Source: a virus
Lineage: Duplodnaviria; Caudoviricetes
Strand: one strand, 5' to 3'
Length of the DNA: 56,668 bases
Virus record (IMG/VR): IMGVR_UViG_3300030329_005304
Coordinates: 1 to 56,668 of that record
Under the pieces are notes generated by a model. It was given only the letters and a program-made list of their open reading frames with translations. It made no database searches and was not told the DNA's origin. Below are positions 27,209 to 37,772 of the stretch, piece after piece (within the stretch, counting starts at the first letter, position 1; each line of letters starts with the position of its first letter). Made by a program: the position numbers and the translations under genes.

Positions 27209-30200
27209 ATGGGGCGCCTCTCTGGCCTCAAGCCCGCCGAGGAGCCGACCAAGGCGAGCAGGCTTTCCGGCCTCAAGCCCGCCGAGGAGCAGGCCGAGGG
27301 GCCAGTTGGGCAAAGTAGGCTCTCCGGCCTTGAGCCAGCCAAGGAGGAGGACCAGCCTGCGCCTAGCGCAGAAGACGCCGCCCTTCGAGAGGGCTACGCA
27401 CGGGTCCTCGAGAACCAAATGCCAGCGGACCGAAGGAAGGCCCGAAAGCTGGCTGGGGACCTTGGCCAGTCTCCTGCAGAGGCGGCTGCTGTTGTTACCG
27501 CAGCAAACAGACTTCAACTTGCCGAACTGAGGGGCGAGGAACTCGAGCCGGAGCGCCAAGAAGAGCTTGAGTCGATCTCAAGAGCAGAACTCCCAGACGA
27601 CAAGCCGGGATACAAGCCGTGGTGGGGCACCATGGTCGACACCCTGGACGCCAGCACAAGCCCAATCGTTCGTCCTGGGTACAGCCTTATGTCTGCAAAG
27701 GCGGACATTGGGACACTGCAAGCGATGGACCCGGAGGCAAGGTCATCGTGGGTTACGGGGCTGGACAATAGCGACCCGCGAAAAGAGACCTTCTTGGACG
27801 CGGTGGAGAGGCTCAACCGCGGCGAGTCTCTCACTTGGCACGGCCCGAAGCTGTCCTCCATCTACTGGAGCCCGGCGCGCTCAAAAGCAGACCCTTACGG
27901 CTACACAAACCTGCCGCGCCCTTGGCAGAGGCTCGACGAACGCGGGTTTCCCACAGAAGACTCCGCCCCTGCCGACCCAACAGACGTAATCCTTCGCTCC
28001 CTGATGCCCAGACTTGGGTGGGAGAATGAGGATGAGTACATGAGACAGAGGCGGGAGGTCCAGGTCGCTGGCTCTGCCGCGGCCGAATCTCTCAAGACGA
28101 TGGGCAAGCCTACGCTTCCTGGGGCGGCGACCCTTGCGGCTGCCCCGCTCGTTGCCCCGATTGCGGGTCCGCTCCTTCCTGGGGTTGTCGCCACCGCGGG
28201 AGGCCTTGGTGCCGCCGGCACGCTTGCCGGCACGGCAGCAGAGGCTGGGCGCGTTGCTGATGCGGTCTATACGGGGATTCAAGAGGGGCGACCCACCATC
28301 GAGAGCCTCGCTAACCCCGCAACGGTTCAGAAGATCGAAGAGGGGGACACCCGGGCCGGGCTCTTCCTTCCGGAGATGGTCACGATGATCGCTCCGGACT
28401 TCCTGACAAAGTTGACGCCAATCGGGGTCGCTGTCGGGGCAATGCGTACCCCGGGCCGAATGACTGGTGGTGGGATACTGACTGTCGCTGGCGACAACGT
28501 CATGCAGTCTCAGATTGCATCCAGGACGGAAGCCATCCTTGGCGGGGATACCGGAGACGCTGTCCTAAGGTCCTTGGGGATGAAGACCACCGGACCCAGC
28601 AAAGACAAGGTGAACCTTGTTGGCGTCTGGGCAGATAAGGTCCGCAGCGGGGAGCCGCTTCCGAGCGACCTTGGCATGGAAAAGGCCCCGGGGGTCATTG
28701 CGGCCAAGTCGAGACTCGCCGCGGCCGAGAGCGCACTTGAGTCTGCTGAAAAGTTTGGGGCGCTTGATGACGTGACAAGCGTCCGGCTTAGGAGGGATAT
28801 CTCCGAGGCAAAGGAGGCGCTCGAGGTCGAGCGACTCAAGCCGCCAGAGTCCTTGTCTGGGGCAATCAGGGCTCAGGTTGAGAGTCACATCAAGACAGCC
28901 ATGGCGAGGATTGGCGGGGATGCCGAGAGAGCCGGGCGCGTCGTTGAGGACATCAACTTCTCTAGCCACCCCGACGGTCCCGCAGTTTCCCTTGCGCTCA
29001 GGGAGGACGGTCTCCCCATCGCGGTCCTTGACCGGGCAAAGGTCGTGGTTCGATACGCCGACGAGGCAGATCCCGGGAAGCAGGTTTCGATCCGAGAAGC
29101 TGCAGAGGACGTCCGGGACCTTCTCCGCCTTCCCGGTTCAAAGAGGGAGGGGGCCGGTCTTTTTTCGTCCAGGGCCCTCGCAGCAAGGCTGGTTGACAAG
29201 GCAGGTAGAGCTGTTGCGTCTATGGAGCTTCGGATCCCAGGGAAGAGGGAACCGGTCAGGGTCTACCGGCTCACCGGGAACCTTGAGCGCCTCCGGAAGA
29301 AGTTTGGCTTTGGCCAGCCGTGGGCCATTCAGAGGCCTGGGGAGAGCGGGATTGATTCCTTTGAGCCGATGCGACCTACCGACCTGCTGTCGGACCACGA
29401 GTGGCAGGCGCTTCGCCAACTCTTCAAGAAGAAGGGATGGTCCCAGAAGACAGGGGAATACAAGACCGCGGAGGCTGCCTATCGGGTGCTGAGCGGCTCG
29501 ACAAGCAAAGAGGACCTTGAGCTTGTCAGTCACTTCCAGGAGCGCGGAGGCAGCCTTCCCGTCGACCTCGGAACTGATGACATCTGGGATTTCATTGTTC
29601 GTTCGGCCGAAGGGGATGAGATTGGTCGCGGGATTGCGCCAGAGGAGGCCATCCTCAGGGCGAGGGGCCTATTTGCCACCCTTAACGATCGAGTGAAGGA
29701 AGCCCTTCGCCTCGTCCCCACCGAGAAGATTCAAGAGTACCTCGCCAAGGGGCGAGGTCTCGTAAGCGCCAAGTCCACAGAGGCCGCTGCTCTTGAGGAC
29801 GACCTGGCGCGCCTGAACAAGTACAAGGACACCCTGGTAAGCGAGCTCGACCCAAAGGCCGCAGAGGCCCTGGATGAGCTGGCAATTCTTCATAGAGAAG
29901 CTCTCGCCGCCCGCAAAGAGGAGCGTGCGTTGGCCAGAGAGGCTGAGGCGCGGCGCCTTGGGGTTGACGTCGAAGAGGCCACCGCGAGGCTCGATGCCGA
30001 GATCCGGGAAGAGGAACTCGCGGTAAAGGCATTCCAGAAGGCCATTAAGCGTGAGAAGCGCGTCCTTGAGGAACTGCTTGCACTCAACCGAAACATCGCC
30101 GAGCCAATGCAGGTTCTTGAGGATATTCGGCGGGCAATGATTGAGGCCCCCGGATTCATCAGAGCTACGGCGGAAAGGTTCAGGACGGCTGAGTGGCAGG

Positions 30201-33200
30201 ATATTCCAGACGAAGAACTGGACCTTGCTATTGCGCTCATGGACATGGACGCGGTGACGCTGTTCCTGAATAGGGGCAGGTCGAGAGAGGCGCTTGCGGA
30301 GGCCATCGAGGACCTTGGAAGCAGGGGGCCCGCGCTCTCAAGCATCGCCTCAAGGTCCAGGCTCCTTCAAGCCAAGGCTGACGTCCGAAGGTTCGTATCT
30401 GCCCAGCGCGCGACCACCGCGGAGGAAGCCGTCATAAAGACCATCTCCGGCGAGCCGGGACAGCCGTGGTCTCCCCAACTGGCGGAGCAGTTGCGTGCCC
30501 GTGGAGCGGCCAGGGCCCGTGAGGCGAGAGCTCGGTTTGACGAGACCTTCAAGAAGGTTCGGCCGAAGTGGAGGAGGTACGGGAAGCCACACTCCCTAGT
30601 GCGGAAGCTTGAGGGGAAGATCAAAGAGAAGGAGGGGGAGCTCAGCCGGGTTCGTCTCGAGGAGGCCGAGGCCGGGCGCGAGCTTGACTACATTCGCAGC
30701 CTTGCTTCGGCTGAGTCAAAGCTGAAGAAGGCCGCCCCTGATGCGGACACCATGCTCGCCGCCCTCGCGTCCAGCACGACCAGGGCACAACTCGCGCGGG
30801 ACGTGATGAGGCAGTTGACCAGTGGGTTCGACGGCAAGGGCCTCAGCTTCGGCACATGGGACGAGATGGCCTCCGCCCGGTCTCTTGAGAACGAGCTCGA
30901 CAATGCCGTCACTGAGGCCCGTTGGTTCGAGCGAGGCAAGATGTTCACTGAGGTGGTCGGGAGGCTTTCTGTTGCCGAGGCTGCGCGGGCAGAGCGGGCC
31001 ATTAAGGCGCCCCCCGGGCTGTATCTGTCTGAGCTCAGGTCGCTGCCGGAGAACGTCAGAGACGTGGTTGAGATAGCCAGGTCCTTCTATGACGACATGT
31101 ACCGGACGCTCAAGTCTGAGGGCTTGATTGACCACAAGTGGACCCGGGAAGAGTTCTTTGAGCGGATGAGCGTTGAGGGTTACATCAACCACATCCTTAC
31201 GAAGAAGGGCTCAAAGAAGCTCTCAAGCCTGTCTCGCCGGTTTGACTCGAAGATATCGGCACTCAAGAACCGGACCATGAGTGGGACGATTCGCGAAATC
31301 AACGCGAAGGTTCGCCGCCAGGTTGCTGAGATGATCCTTGATTGGGAGAAGGCGCAGGGAAGGGTCGCCCTGAGCAGGAGGAGCCAGGCTGTTCGTGGCC
31401 TCAGGCAACTCACAGGCACCACCCCGACAGGCCTCCTCTCCGAATCTGCCAAGGCTGCCGCAAGGTCTGGCGATGAGGCCGCTGATTTTGCCCGTGGCGC
31501 CGAGGAGTCCAAGGAAGCGGCCATCCAGAGAATCATCCAGGAGTTCGGCCTCAAGGACGTCCACTTCTTTGAGACTGACGGCCACCTCCTGATGAAGATG
31601 TACGGGAAGGACGTCTCTCGGGCGGTCGCCCGGAAGCGCTTCCTTGACGGCCTCAGGGGCCTCTTTCCGTTGCCGGCTGATGGGTCGATTCCGGAGGGCT
31701 GGAGAAGGCTCAGCGGGTCTGCCCAGGTAGAGGCTGTCTTCTCAGACGTCATCCCCTGGGCCACCTGGAAGAACCACAGGGCTGAGCTCGACAGGATCAT
31801 GAGCTCTAACGAGCCCCTTGCGGAGCGGGTGAAGCGGCTGGACGGCTTCCTTCGCGGAGTTGGGGTTGACCCGAGCAGTTCCCTTGCAAAGGGCATCCGT
31901 CGAGTCGTTGCTAACGACGTCATTGTCCCCGCTCCGGTGGCTCAGTTCGCCGAAGACATGAGCCGGCCGGACTGGATTCACAACCTCAACGGGGTCATGA
32001 AGTTCCCTGTCGAGGTTGCTGACGAAATGCTTGCCCTGTTCAAGGTAACGACCACTGTCGGCGCCATGGCGTTCCACGGCAGGAATGCCGTCAGCAACAC
32101 CCTTCAGAACGTGATGACTCACGGGCTGTCCTTCCTTTCGCCGTCCACCCAGATGGAAGCCATCGCTCTTCTTAACGCGAAGGATCCCGAGGCGATGTTC
32201 ACCTTGAATATCCAGGGTGTTGATGTCCGGCGTCCGGTGCGGGACTGGATGGACCTGATGGACTCTAGGGGGATCCGGAGCCATCACGCGACCATGGTTG
32301 ACGTCGAAGACACGGACGCCGCCATGAAGATTCGCACAGGCCGAGGGGTGGCCGTCTACGCAGGCGCAGGAGCCACGGGCTTTGTTGCTGGGTCAACGGT
32401 TGGAGACACCCCCGAAGAGCGGGTGCGAAACGCATTCGTCTACGGGTTTGGCGCGTCTGTTGGATCGACTGTCGGGTTCGGTCTTTATGAGCTGTTCCTC
32501 AGGCGGGCGCTTGGAGCGGGCGCAATCGCAGCAACCGGAAAGCTGCCAGACCGGCCAACAGAAAGCCTTGTGTTTACCCTCCTGGAGGAGGGCCCGGAGG
32601 CAGCGGCCAGGGTTGCCGGTCGGGGGTTCGCCCGCGAGTCTGACCGAGCGTTCGATGTTGTGGCCAATGTCTGGAGAAACAAGGGAGAGGTATTCAAGCG
32701 GTCGTTCTCGATCCTCGTCGAGGACGTCTTTGACTTCTCGAGCAAGTGGGCTCCTGCGGCGAAAGCCGGGGTTGGGTACGCCGCACTAGGGGCCAAGGCT
32801 GGGTCTTTTAGCGGTCCAGCAGGAGCGGCTGGTGGGGCGGCTATTGGCTTTGGTGCGGCCCTGGCCGCAAAGATTGGGTCTGAAGGGTTCTTCCTGATCG
32901 GAGCCGGGGTTGGCCAGGCGATTGAGCATCAAAGCAAGGTTGCCGGCTTCTTGACCGGGCTCAAGAGGGGGATGTCTCCTGATGCCGCGGCAGACATGGC
33001 CCAGCGGGCCCTGTTTGACTACAACGACCTTACTTGGTTTGAGCGCTACATCGTCCGGCGACTTGTTCCCTTCTACACCTGGGAGAGCCGCAATCTGCTG
33101 AAGCTCCAGCCCTGGCTGCTGGCCAACAGGCCGCATGCTTATCAGGTGCTGGACAAGATGTTTATGGCGGCCGGGTCAACGAACCCTGACGAGGCTTCGC

Positions 33201-34153
33201 TTGCGTGGCTCCCTCCTCATTTGAAGTATCGGTTTGTGGCGAACGTGAATCTCGGCCGCATAATCAGTTCCCTCCCGGACGAAATCGTGACCATCTCCGG
33301 GCTCGGGTCCCCACAGGAGTCGGTTGCTGAGCTCTTGAGGTCCGGGGGCATCACCAGGCTACGGCCTGAGGCCCTCTTCTTGATTAAGGCATTCACCGGT
33401 CGGGACCCGTACTTCGAGGCGGATGTGGTGGATCTGTTAAGCGCAAACAAGATGAGGAATACGCCTCCCATAATGCAGGATTACGTGGGGTATTCCGGCC
33501 CAACAATTCGTGTAAGGCGGCCCTCAAAGTCGGACATTGAGAAGGGGGCCCTCCCTCTTCCAGAGCCAGTGAGCAGGTCGGAGGAGCACGTTATTGGGGA
33601 CTACCCGGAGGAGCTTGTTCGGAGCTGGGGCCCAGGCGTCGATCCGAAGATGGTTGGCGCCATGAGAATGGCTTTTCTCCAGGTCCTCCCGGCCTACAGA
33701 ATTCTTAGCGAGTTCGCAAAGGCCGCCGATGACGCGTACACGACGGCGAGCATTGACTATGCCCAACCCGGCGGGGTGTCGGCCGTCCAAAGGTTCTCTG
33801 CCATGGTGTCTGGCGTCCGCACCTACAACCTGGACTGGGAGACCCGCCAGATCGAAAGAAAGGCATGGAGGGCCGTGGACAGGGAACTCGCAAAGGAGGT
33901 CCGGAAGGAGCTCAAGTTCCCAAGCCAAGAGCGGATGACTGCAGAGGAGTTTGACGCGGCATGGGGCCAAAAGGGCCTCTTTGAGGGATACCTCCAGATG
34001 ATGGAATCCGAAAACGACGACGCCCTCGAGCGCGGGCTGGCCCCGGAGTCCCGCGCCCAGTTCGAGGAAGCAATCGGCGCCACAGGCAGACGGCAGGACC
34101 AGAGAAGGGCCGCAGAGGAGGCGACGATGGAGCTCCTCAACATGGGGGACTGA
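27209..34153 (+). CDS. Giant internal virion / DNA-ejection protein (2314 aa)
   Basis: FHGRNAVSN and ALFDY...RRLVPFYTW motifs resemble large podoviral/polyvalent proteins; Gly/Ala hydrophobic segments; N-terminal RLSGL(K/E)PA repeat x3. Confidence 0.75.
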   Translation: MGRLSGLKPAEEPTKASRLSGLKPAEEQAEGPVGQSRLSGLEPAKEEDQPAPSAEDAALREGYARVLENQMPADRRKARKLAGDLGQSPAEAAAVVTAANRLQLAELRGEELEPERQEELESISRAELPDDKPGYKPWWGTMVDTLDASTSPIVRPGYSLMSAKADIGTLQAMDPEARSSWVTGLDNSDPRKETFLDAVERLNRGESLTWHGPKLSSIYWSPARSKADPYGYTNLPRPWQRLDERGFPTEDSAPADPTDVILRSLMPRLGWENEDEYMRQRREVQVAGSAAAESLKTMGKPTLPGAATLAAAPLVAPIAGPLLPGVVATAGGLGAAGTLAGTAAEAGRVADAVYTGIQEGRPTIESLANPATVQKIEEGDTRAGLFLPEMVTMIAPDFLTKLTPIGVAVGAMRTPGRMTGGGILTVAGDNVMQSQIASRTEAILGGDTGDAVLRSLGMKTTGPSKDKVNLVGVWADKVRSGEPLPSDLGMEKAPGVIAAKSRLAAAESALESAEKFGALDDVTSVRLRRDISEAKEALEVERLKPPESLSGAIRAQVESHIKTAMARIGGDAERAGRVVEDINFSSHPDGPAVSLALREDGLPIAVLDRAKVVVRYADEADPGKQVSIREAAEDVRDLLRLPGSKREGAGLFSSRALAARLVDKAGRAVASMELRIPGKREPVRVYRLTGNLERLRKKFGFGQPWAIQRPGESGIDSFEPMRPTDLLSDHEWQALRQLFKKKGWSQKTGEYKTAEAAYRVLSGSTSKEDLELVSHFQERGGSLPVDLGTDDIWDFIVRSAEGDEIGRGIAPEEAILRARGLFATLNDRVKEALRLVPTEKIQEYLAKGRGLVSAKSTEAAALEDDLARLNKYKDTLVSELDPKAAEALDELAILHREALAARKEERALAREAEARRLGVDVEEATARLDAEIREEELAVKAFQKAIKREKRVLEELLALNRNIAEPMQVLEDIRRAMIEAPGFIRATAERFRTAEWQDIPDEELDLAIALMDMDAVTLFLNRGRSREALAEAIEDLGSRGPALSSIASRSRLLQAKADVRRFVSAQRATTAEEAVIKTISGEPGQPWSPQLAEQLRARGAARAREARARFDETFKKVRPKWRRYGKPHSLVRKLEGKIKEKEGELSRVRLEEAEAGRELDYIRSLASAESKLKKAAPDADTMLAALASSTTRAQLARDVMRQLTSGFDGKGLSFGTWDEMASARSLENELDNAVTEARWFERGKMFTEVVGRLSVAEAARAERAIKAPPGLYLSELRSLPENVRDVVEIARSFYDDMYRTLKSEGLIDHKWTREEFFERMSVEGYINHILTKKGSKKLSSLSRRFDSKISALKNRTMSGTIREINAKVRRQVAEMILDWEKAQGRVALSRRSQAVRGLRQLTGTTPTGLLSESAKAAARSGDEAADFARGAEESKEAAIQRIIQEFGLKDVHFFETDGHLLMKMYGKDVSRAVARKRFLDGLRGLFPLPADGSIPEGWRRLSGSAQVEAVFSDVIPWATWKNHRAELDRIMSSNEPLAERVKRLDGFLRGVGVDPSSSLAKGIRRVVANDVIVPAPVAQFAEDMSRPDWIHNLNGVMKFPVEVADEMLALFKVTTTVGAMAFHGRNAVSNTLQNVMTHGLSFLSPSTQMEAIALLNAKDPEAMFTLNIQGVDVRRPVRDWMDLMDSRGIRSHHATMVDVEDTDAAMKIRTGRGVAVYAGAGATGFVAGSTVGDTPEERVRNAFVYGFGASVGSTVGFGLYELFLRRALGAGAIAATGKLPDRPTESLVFTLLEEGPEAAARVAGRGFARESDRAFDVVANVWRNKGEVFKRSFSILVEDVFDFSSKWAPAAKAGVGYAALGAKAGSFSGPAGAAGGAAIGFGAALAAKIGSEGFFLIGAGVGQAIEHQSKVAGFLTGLKRGMSPDAAADMAQRALFDYNDLTWFERYIVRRLVPFYTWESRNLLKLQPWLLANRPHAYQVLDKMFMAAGSTNPDEASLAWLPPHLKYRFVANVNLGRIISSLPDEIVTISGLGSPQESVAELLRSGGITRLRPEALFLIKAFTGRDPYFEADVVDLLSANKMRNTPPIMQDYVGYSGPTIRVRRPSKSDIEKGALPLPEPVSRSEEHVIGDYPEELVRSWGPGVDPKMVGAMRMAFLQVLPAYRILSEFAKAADDAYTTASIDYAQPGGVSAVQRFSAMVSGVRTYNLDWETRQIERKAWRAVDRELAKEVRKELKFPSQERMTAEEFDAAWGQKGLFEGYLQMMESENDDALERGLAPESRAQFEEAIGATGRRQDQRRAAEEATMELLNMGD

Positions 34154-34404
34154 TGCCTCTTGATCACACCAGATTCACCAGGAGGCGGCCGGCAGACCCG
34201 GATGCGTCCTTGTCAGGAGTGGAGGCTTCTGCTCGACTGACACAAATCTCGACGGCCCGGACAGATGACGACCCACTCCGTTCCGACGACATATCTGCAA
34301 ATGCTTTGTTGGAGCAAATCCTGTATGAACTGAAGCACATCCGGTTGCACATGGAGGCAATGTCCGGAGAGGACTTCAGGGGAGACGTTGACTATGCTGA
34401 TTAA
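34153..34404 (+). CDS. Hypothetical protein
   Basis: TGATG coupling; LLEQILYELKHIRLHME helix. Confidence 0.65.
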   Translation: MPLDHTRFTRRRPADPDASLSGVEASARLTQISTARTDDDPLRSDDISANALLEQILYELKHIRLHMEAMSGEDFRGDVDYAD

Positions 34405-34975
34405 TGACGGAAAGGGCAGCGGAAGAAGCGCGAAGGTTGGGAGTGACAACCGCCTCGCCACAGAGTCGTCGGGACGATCCGCGCTCGCAGTCAAGTCAGC
34501 AGAGGGCGATGCGTACATCACCTCTACCGGCGTCACCGCAGACACGTTGACGGTCACTGCGACTGGTGGCGCGATGCTCTACATCGCCAACACGAGCTCG
34601 ACGGTGTCTCTCCTTATCGACAAGGTCGTTGTCTCAACGGACAACGTGAAGTGTCGGTACAAGGAGTTGATTGGGATGGCTCTCGGCACTGTTGCCGACG
34701 CGAACTCTGGGAAGGCTTTGAACCTGAACAGTGCCTCGTCGAAGGTGGCTCCGGTTACGGCCTATGCCTGGGACGAGTCGAACCACGGCATTGGTGGGTT
34801 GTCGGGCGGAACGACCACCTACTTTGCCTACATGACGACCGGCGTCACCGAAGTGGACCACGGCGGATCCGTCATCATCGGCCCAGGGTCGTCCTTTGTG
34901 GTCAACCTCAAGAACAACTCCGGCGGAACCCTCGAGGCCGCTATCACCGTGAAGTACTACACAGCAACACTGTAG
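34394..34975 (+). CDS. Putative virion structural protein
   Basis: Ser/Thr/Gly beta-rich; followed by hairpin 34987-35008. Confidence 0.7.
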   Translation: MLINDGKGSGRSAKVGSDNRLATESSGRSALAVKSAEGDAYITSTGVTADTLTVTATGGAMLYIANTSSTVSLLIDKVVVSTDNVKCRYKELIGMALGTVADANSGKALNLNSASSKVAPVTAYAWDESNHGIGGLSGGTTTYFAYMTTGVTEVDHGGSVIIGPGSSFVVNLKNNSGGTLEAAITVKYYTATL

Positions 34976-35027
34976 ACTTGAACCATAGCCCCCTGACGAG
35001 CGGGGGCTGGAAGCCAGGAGACTCGTA

Positions 35028-35426
35028 ATGGCAATCACCCTTCCCGTCTACCAGCCCACAAACGCTGTATCCGTAGCGACCGCGAGTGGTGGCGCAGAGA
35101 CTACATCCGCAGTTCGGATGACCCACTCCGCCGTCTCAAACCACAACATCACCCGCGGAGCCCTGACTGGCCTGTCGCTTCACATTACGACCTGGGGATC
35201 TGGAACAGAGACGATCACGGTCCGGGTCTACAGGGCCTCCGACAAGACGGACCTCATCCTCGAGACAGACGCCGCCTTCACGGCCGCGAACGACAGGGCG
35301 TACATTCAGCCAGACCTCCCCGTCCCCTTCTTTGATGGGGTGTGGGTAACCATTCAGTCCGACACTGGCGCCGTCGAGACCTGCAACATCAAGCCCGACG
35401 TTATGGGCATCGCGGGGAACTCCTGA
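35028..35426 (+). CDS. Putative virion structural protein
   Basis: AGGAG SD; beta-rich. Confidence 0.7.
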   Translation: MAITLPVYQPTNAVSVATASGGAETTSAVRMTHSAVSNHNITRGALTGLSLHITTWGSGTETITVRVYRASDKTDLILETDAAFTAANDRAYIQPDLPVPFFDGVWVTIQSDTGAVETCNIKPDVMGIAGNS

Positions 35427-36187
35427 TGGCCGCTACCGTAACCACGAGACGGTGGCCACCCAGAAGAAGCAGGGGCGGCGGCGGAACAACGGGCGCCGTC
35501 GAGAAGTCCATCGACCTGACTCCCTCGTCTACGGTGTCGTACACGATCACTGACTACAAGTTGGTGGGGAGCGGCGGCATCGTGGATGGATGGGCAGTCC
35601 CTCAGTACGCTGCAGGGGCGCCGACAGTCTCGGAGAGCTCAGACGGGCTGGATATTTCGTCTTCGATCTCACCCAACCATGTCCGCCCTTCGCTGGACAA
35701 GCAGTGGGCCAACACGGGCCCCGGCATCATGTTGCCGAAAACGGTCATGGGTGATTTCGACATTCAGGTCAAGTTGAGCTCAAGCTCAGCGAATAGCTAT
35801 CTGCTCGCTGGGCCGTGCTGCTGGTATCTGAACGTGAATTCAGCCGACCACAACGGAGCGGTGGCGACCTGTTTTGGTTACTACAACTCCACCCGGGGCT
35901 ACCGCTGGGGCTCCTCAATCGGCAACGGCTGCCGGCGATACACCAAGGCGTCCGGCTGGAGCCTCTGGGCCGACACTGAGTGGATGAGGCTCCAGCGAGA
36001 CGGTCCGACAATCAAGCACTTCTACAAGGTCAACGACGGCGACAGTTGGACTGAAATCGAGTCCCAAACGTGGGATCGGGCTGGTGGGAACGCCTGGTTG
36101 GGTGTTGGTCTTGGGTCGAACAACGGCCAGACCGCGAGCATTCGCGTCCACAAAATTATCGCGACCTACACGGAGACGCCGGACTGA
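35426..36187 (+). CDS. ConA/lectin-like (DUF1349-like) protein, possible receptor-binding protein
   Basis: GDFDIQVKL...WMRLQRDG...FYKVNDGDSWTEI...LGVGL pattern. Confidence 0.6.
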   Translation: MAATVTTRRWPPRRSRGGGGTTGAVEKSIDLTPSSTVSYTITDYKLVGSGGIVDGWAVPQYAAGAPTVSESSDGLDISSSISPNHVRPSLDKQWANTGPGIMLPKTVMGDFDIQVKLSSSSANSYLLAGPCCWYLNVNSADHNGAVATCFGYYNSTRGYRWGSSIGNGCRRYTKASGWSLWADTEWMRLQRDGPTIKHFYKVNDGDSWTEIESQTWDRAGGNAWLGVGLGSNNGQTASIRVHKIIATYTETPD

Positions 36188-36363
36188 TGAGCCCTGAGCA
36201 GCGAGCAGAGGCTATGGACCTTCTGGGTCTCACTGATGAGCCTGCTATGGAGAGGGGTTACGACAACCCTGACGGTTCAGGCGGGGCCTCTTTCTATGAT
36301 GAATCGGGCCGCCTTCTTGGCTCCGTCGTTATCGATTCAAGCGGGAATGTGAGTCTGCCATGA
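36187..36363 (+). CDS. Small hypothetical protein
   Basis: TGATG coupling (MSPEQRAEA). Confidence 0.55.
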   Translation: MSPEQRAEAMDLLGLTDEPAMERGYDNPDGSGGASFYDESGRLLGSVVIDSSGNVSLP

Positions 36364-36632
36364 ACAACGCGGCCACCCACCCCGTAACCCTTCCAACTTG
36401 GCTTCTCATCGTCATTGTTGGGTCAGGGGCAACGGGCGTTGGGGGTGGCCTTGCGGGCTTGTTGGGTGGAGGCGAGAGGGGTCTTCGGGCGGAGGACGAG
36501 GTTCGGATGGTAATGCTGGAGGGTGAGGTTAAGTCGACAGACGAGGCTCTGGGTGAGTTTCGCAAGGAGCTTCGCACCCTTCGGGACAACCAGATCGCCA
36601 TCTGCACAGCACTTGAGGCGGACTGCAACTGA
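36360..36632 (+). CDS. Membrane protein with coiled coil (lysis module)
   Basis: N-terminal TM segment; precedes endolysin. Confidence 0.6.
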   Translation: MNNAATHPVTLPTWLLIVIVGSGATGVGGGLAGLLGGGERGLRAEDEVRMVMLEGEVKSTDEALGEFRKELRTLRDNQIAICTALEADCN

Positions 36633-37072
36633 TGCCGTCATTCTCCAAGAAGTCTCTTGAGCGGCTCTACTCCTGCCACCCAGACCTTGTTGTTGTCTTC
36701 CTGGCCGCAGTTCGTGTTCAGGACTGCACTGTGCTCGAGGGTGTTCGGTCTGACGAGCGCCAACAGGAGCTCTACCACCAGGGCAAGAGCCAACTCGACG
36801 GCGTCACAAAGAAGAGCAAGCATCAGGTGAAGAGCGACGGCTGGTCGCACGCGGTCGATGTTGCCCCCTATCCGGTGTCCTGGGCCACCAACGAGCCCGA
36901 GGTTCGGGAGCAGTGGCTGAGCTTCGCTCGGGTCGTGCTCGAGATCGCAGATGACCTGGGCATCGGTCTGACCTGGGGCGGAGACTGGAATTCCAACTGG
37001 GACCGCGAAGGGGATCCACAGGCGGATCCTGCCCAACGATTCAACGACTGGCCCCACTGGCAACTGTCATGA
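36632..37072 (+). CDS. Endolysin, M15 (L-Ala-D-Glu peptidase-like)
   Basis: CHPDL, EGVRS...Q, SKH...HAVD, WGGDW, DWPHWQL motifs. Confidence 0.9.
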   Translation: MPSFSKKSLERLYSCHPDLVVVFLAAVRVQDCTVLEGVRSDERQQELYHQGKSQLDGVTKKSKHQVKSDGWSHAVDVAPYPVSWATNEPEVREQWLSFARVVLEIADDLGIGLTWGGDWNSNWDREGDPQADPAQRFNDWPHWQLS

Positions 37073-37437
37073 ACACCTCCATGTACATTGAGCTCGCCGT
37101 AAGGGCTGCCGGGATAAGCCTCGCCACCTACGCCCTTATTGGACAGGTCTTCAAGCCCGCCGTACGGATGCTCGCAAAGCGCAAGGCGAAGAGCGGTCGA
37201 CTGACCTCAAGGCAGGAGGAGTACTACAGGTGGCTCACCCGAACGATGTGCATCGCCGTTGGCGGTCTTCTTGGGATGCTTCCCCTGTGGCCAGCCTGGT
37301 TTGTCCAGGTCTGGTGGGGCGTGCTCCTTGGAGCTATCGGAGGGAGCATGGCTCCGGCGATCCACCATGCGGTTGCAAAGGCGCTGCCTGAGAGGATCAA
37401 GAGGATGATTTCCGGGGGCTCAGTGAGGCCCAAGTGA
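37069..37437 (+). CDS. Holin-like membrane protein
   Basis: About 3 TM segments next to the endolysin. Confidence 0.6.
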   Translation: MNTSMYIELAVRAAGISLATYALIGQVFKPAVRMLAKRKAKSGRLTSRQEEYYRWLTRTMCIAVGGLLGMLPLWPAWFVQVWWGVLLGAIGGSMAPAIHHAVAKALPERIKRMISGGSVRPK

Positions 37438-37772
37438 CCCTTCCCGTCGCCATTATCGCTGTTGTCCTTGTCCTCGTTGGCGCCTTTGCCCTCTGGAAGA
37501 CAAAGCACAAGGAGGCCGGCGCAGGTCTGCTTGCGGCGGCCGGAGCGCTGTTTGCTCTTCTTGTTCTGGACAAGGAAAGGAAGCGCTCCGGGGAGGTTGC
37601 GGCCCGAACGGACAGAGTGAAGGAAGGCCGGAAGGAAGCCGCCGCGGATGCCGAGGCGACGGAAGCGGCGCTGTCGGAGAGCGTCGAGGAGGAGGCCTCA
37701 GTCCACTCAGGAGCCGCTGAGGAGCAGGAGGCCCTGTCTAGCCCCTCAAAGAGGCAGAGGATTGAAGCATGA
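37434..37772 (+). CDS. i-spanin-like membrane protein
   Basis: N-terminal TMs plus charged helical tail. Confidence 0.5.
   Translation: MTLPVAIIAVVLVLVGAFALWKTKHKEAGAGLLAAAGALFALLVLDKERKRSGEVAARTDRVKEGRKEAAADAEATEAALSESVEEEASVHSGAAEEQEALSSPSKRQRIEA

Noticed and set aside
27209-34153. Tape measure protein
   Set aside because: No tail tube, sheath, chaperone or baseplate genes recognised; context is a podovirus adaptor, nozzle and ejection module.
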